Shown piece by piece: positions 63,820-64,000 of a stretch of 64,000 nt of DNA. Position 1 is the first letter of the stretch; every line of letters begins with the position of its first letter. The notes under the pieces are model-generated. The model was not told the origin of the DNA and ran no database searches. It saw only the letters and a program-made list of their open reading frames with translations. Source of the DNA: Felis catus (taxonomy: Eukaryota); assembly GCF_018350175.1 (NCBI RefSeq), contig NC_058368.1, forward strand, positions 189,226,001-189,290,000. The letters are read 5' to 3'. The position numbers were made by a program, and so were the translations under genes.

Positions 63820-64000
63820 TCAGTTGTAAGAATAGAAAAATTCAACCCCAACTGACTTAAGCATGAGAGTTTATTGTTTCATATGAGTGAACAATTCAGA
63901 ATATATCAGCTTCAGGCACTGTTTGATCGAGAACACAAGCAATGAACTGTTTCATTTTCTCCATTGTTCAACTCTAGTTCCCTGGTGGAACTTCTTCTCA
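63820..64000 (-). mobile_element. MLT1-type LTR end, antisense, running off the window
   Basis: tcagttgtaagaatagaaaaattcaaccccaactgacttaagc...gcttcaggcac. Confidence 0.6.

Noticed and set aside
1..64000. CRISPR arrays, operons, tRNA/rRNA genes and known miRNA hairpins
   Set aside because: This is mammalian DNA with no repeat-spacer arrays. tRNA-like A/B boxes occur only in SINE heads, and I recognised no mature miRNA sequence by eye.

Overview
This is non-coding mammalian genomic DNA, almost certainly felid: it carries feline-type carnivore tRNA-derived CanSINEs, most with clear target-site duplications (TSDs). I cannot support any protein-coding gene. The ORF track consists of short chance ORFs, SINE/L1 translations and microsatellite read-throughs. 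The window is a mosaic of old interspersed repeats (L2, MIR, old L1, MLT1/MLT2/LTR16-type LTRs, hAT and Tc1/mariner MITEs), nine CanSINEs and microsatellites, with several repeat-poor unique stretches that may be regulatory. It is therefore intronic or intergenic, and I could not identify the host locus. The most unusual structure is a 164-bp inverted duplication of apparently unique DNA (14644-14807 and 15497-15660). Its arms have 7 mismatches and no indels, all 7 are transitions, and 6 would be G-U wobbles in a + strand RNA. Also notable are a closely spaced head-to-head pair of near-identical young SINEs, a possible micro-inversion inside one SINE, a tiny CpG cluster in an exon-like segment and a minus-strand promoter-like cassette near 59.5 kb. 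Repeat family names come from recalled consensus motifs, not a database search, and boundaries of old repeats are approximate. I see no convincing novel multi-component biological system.
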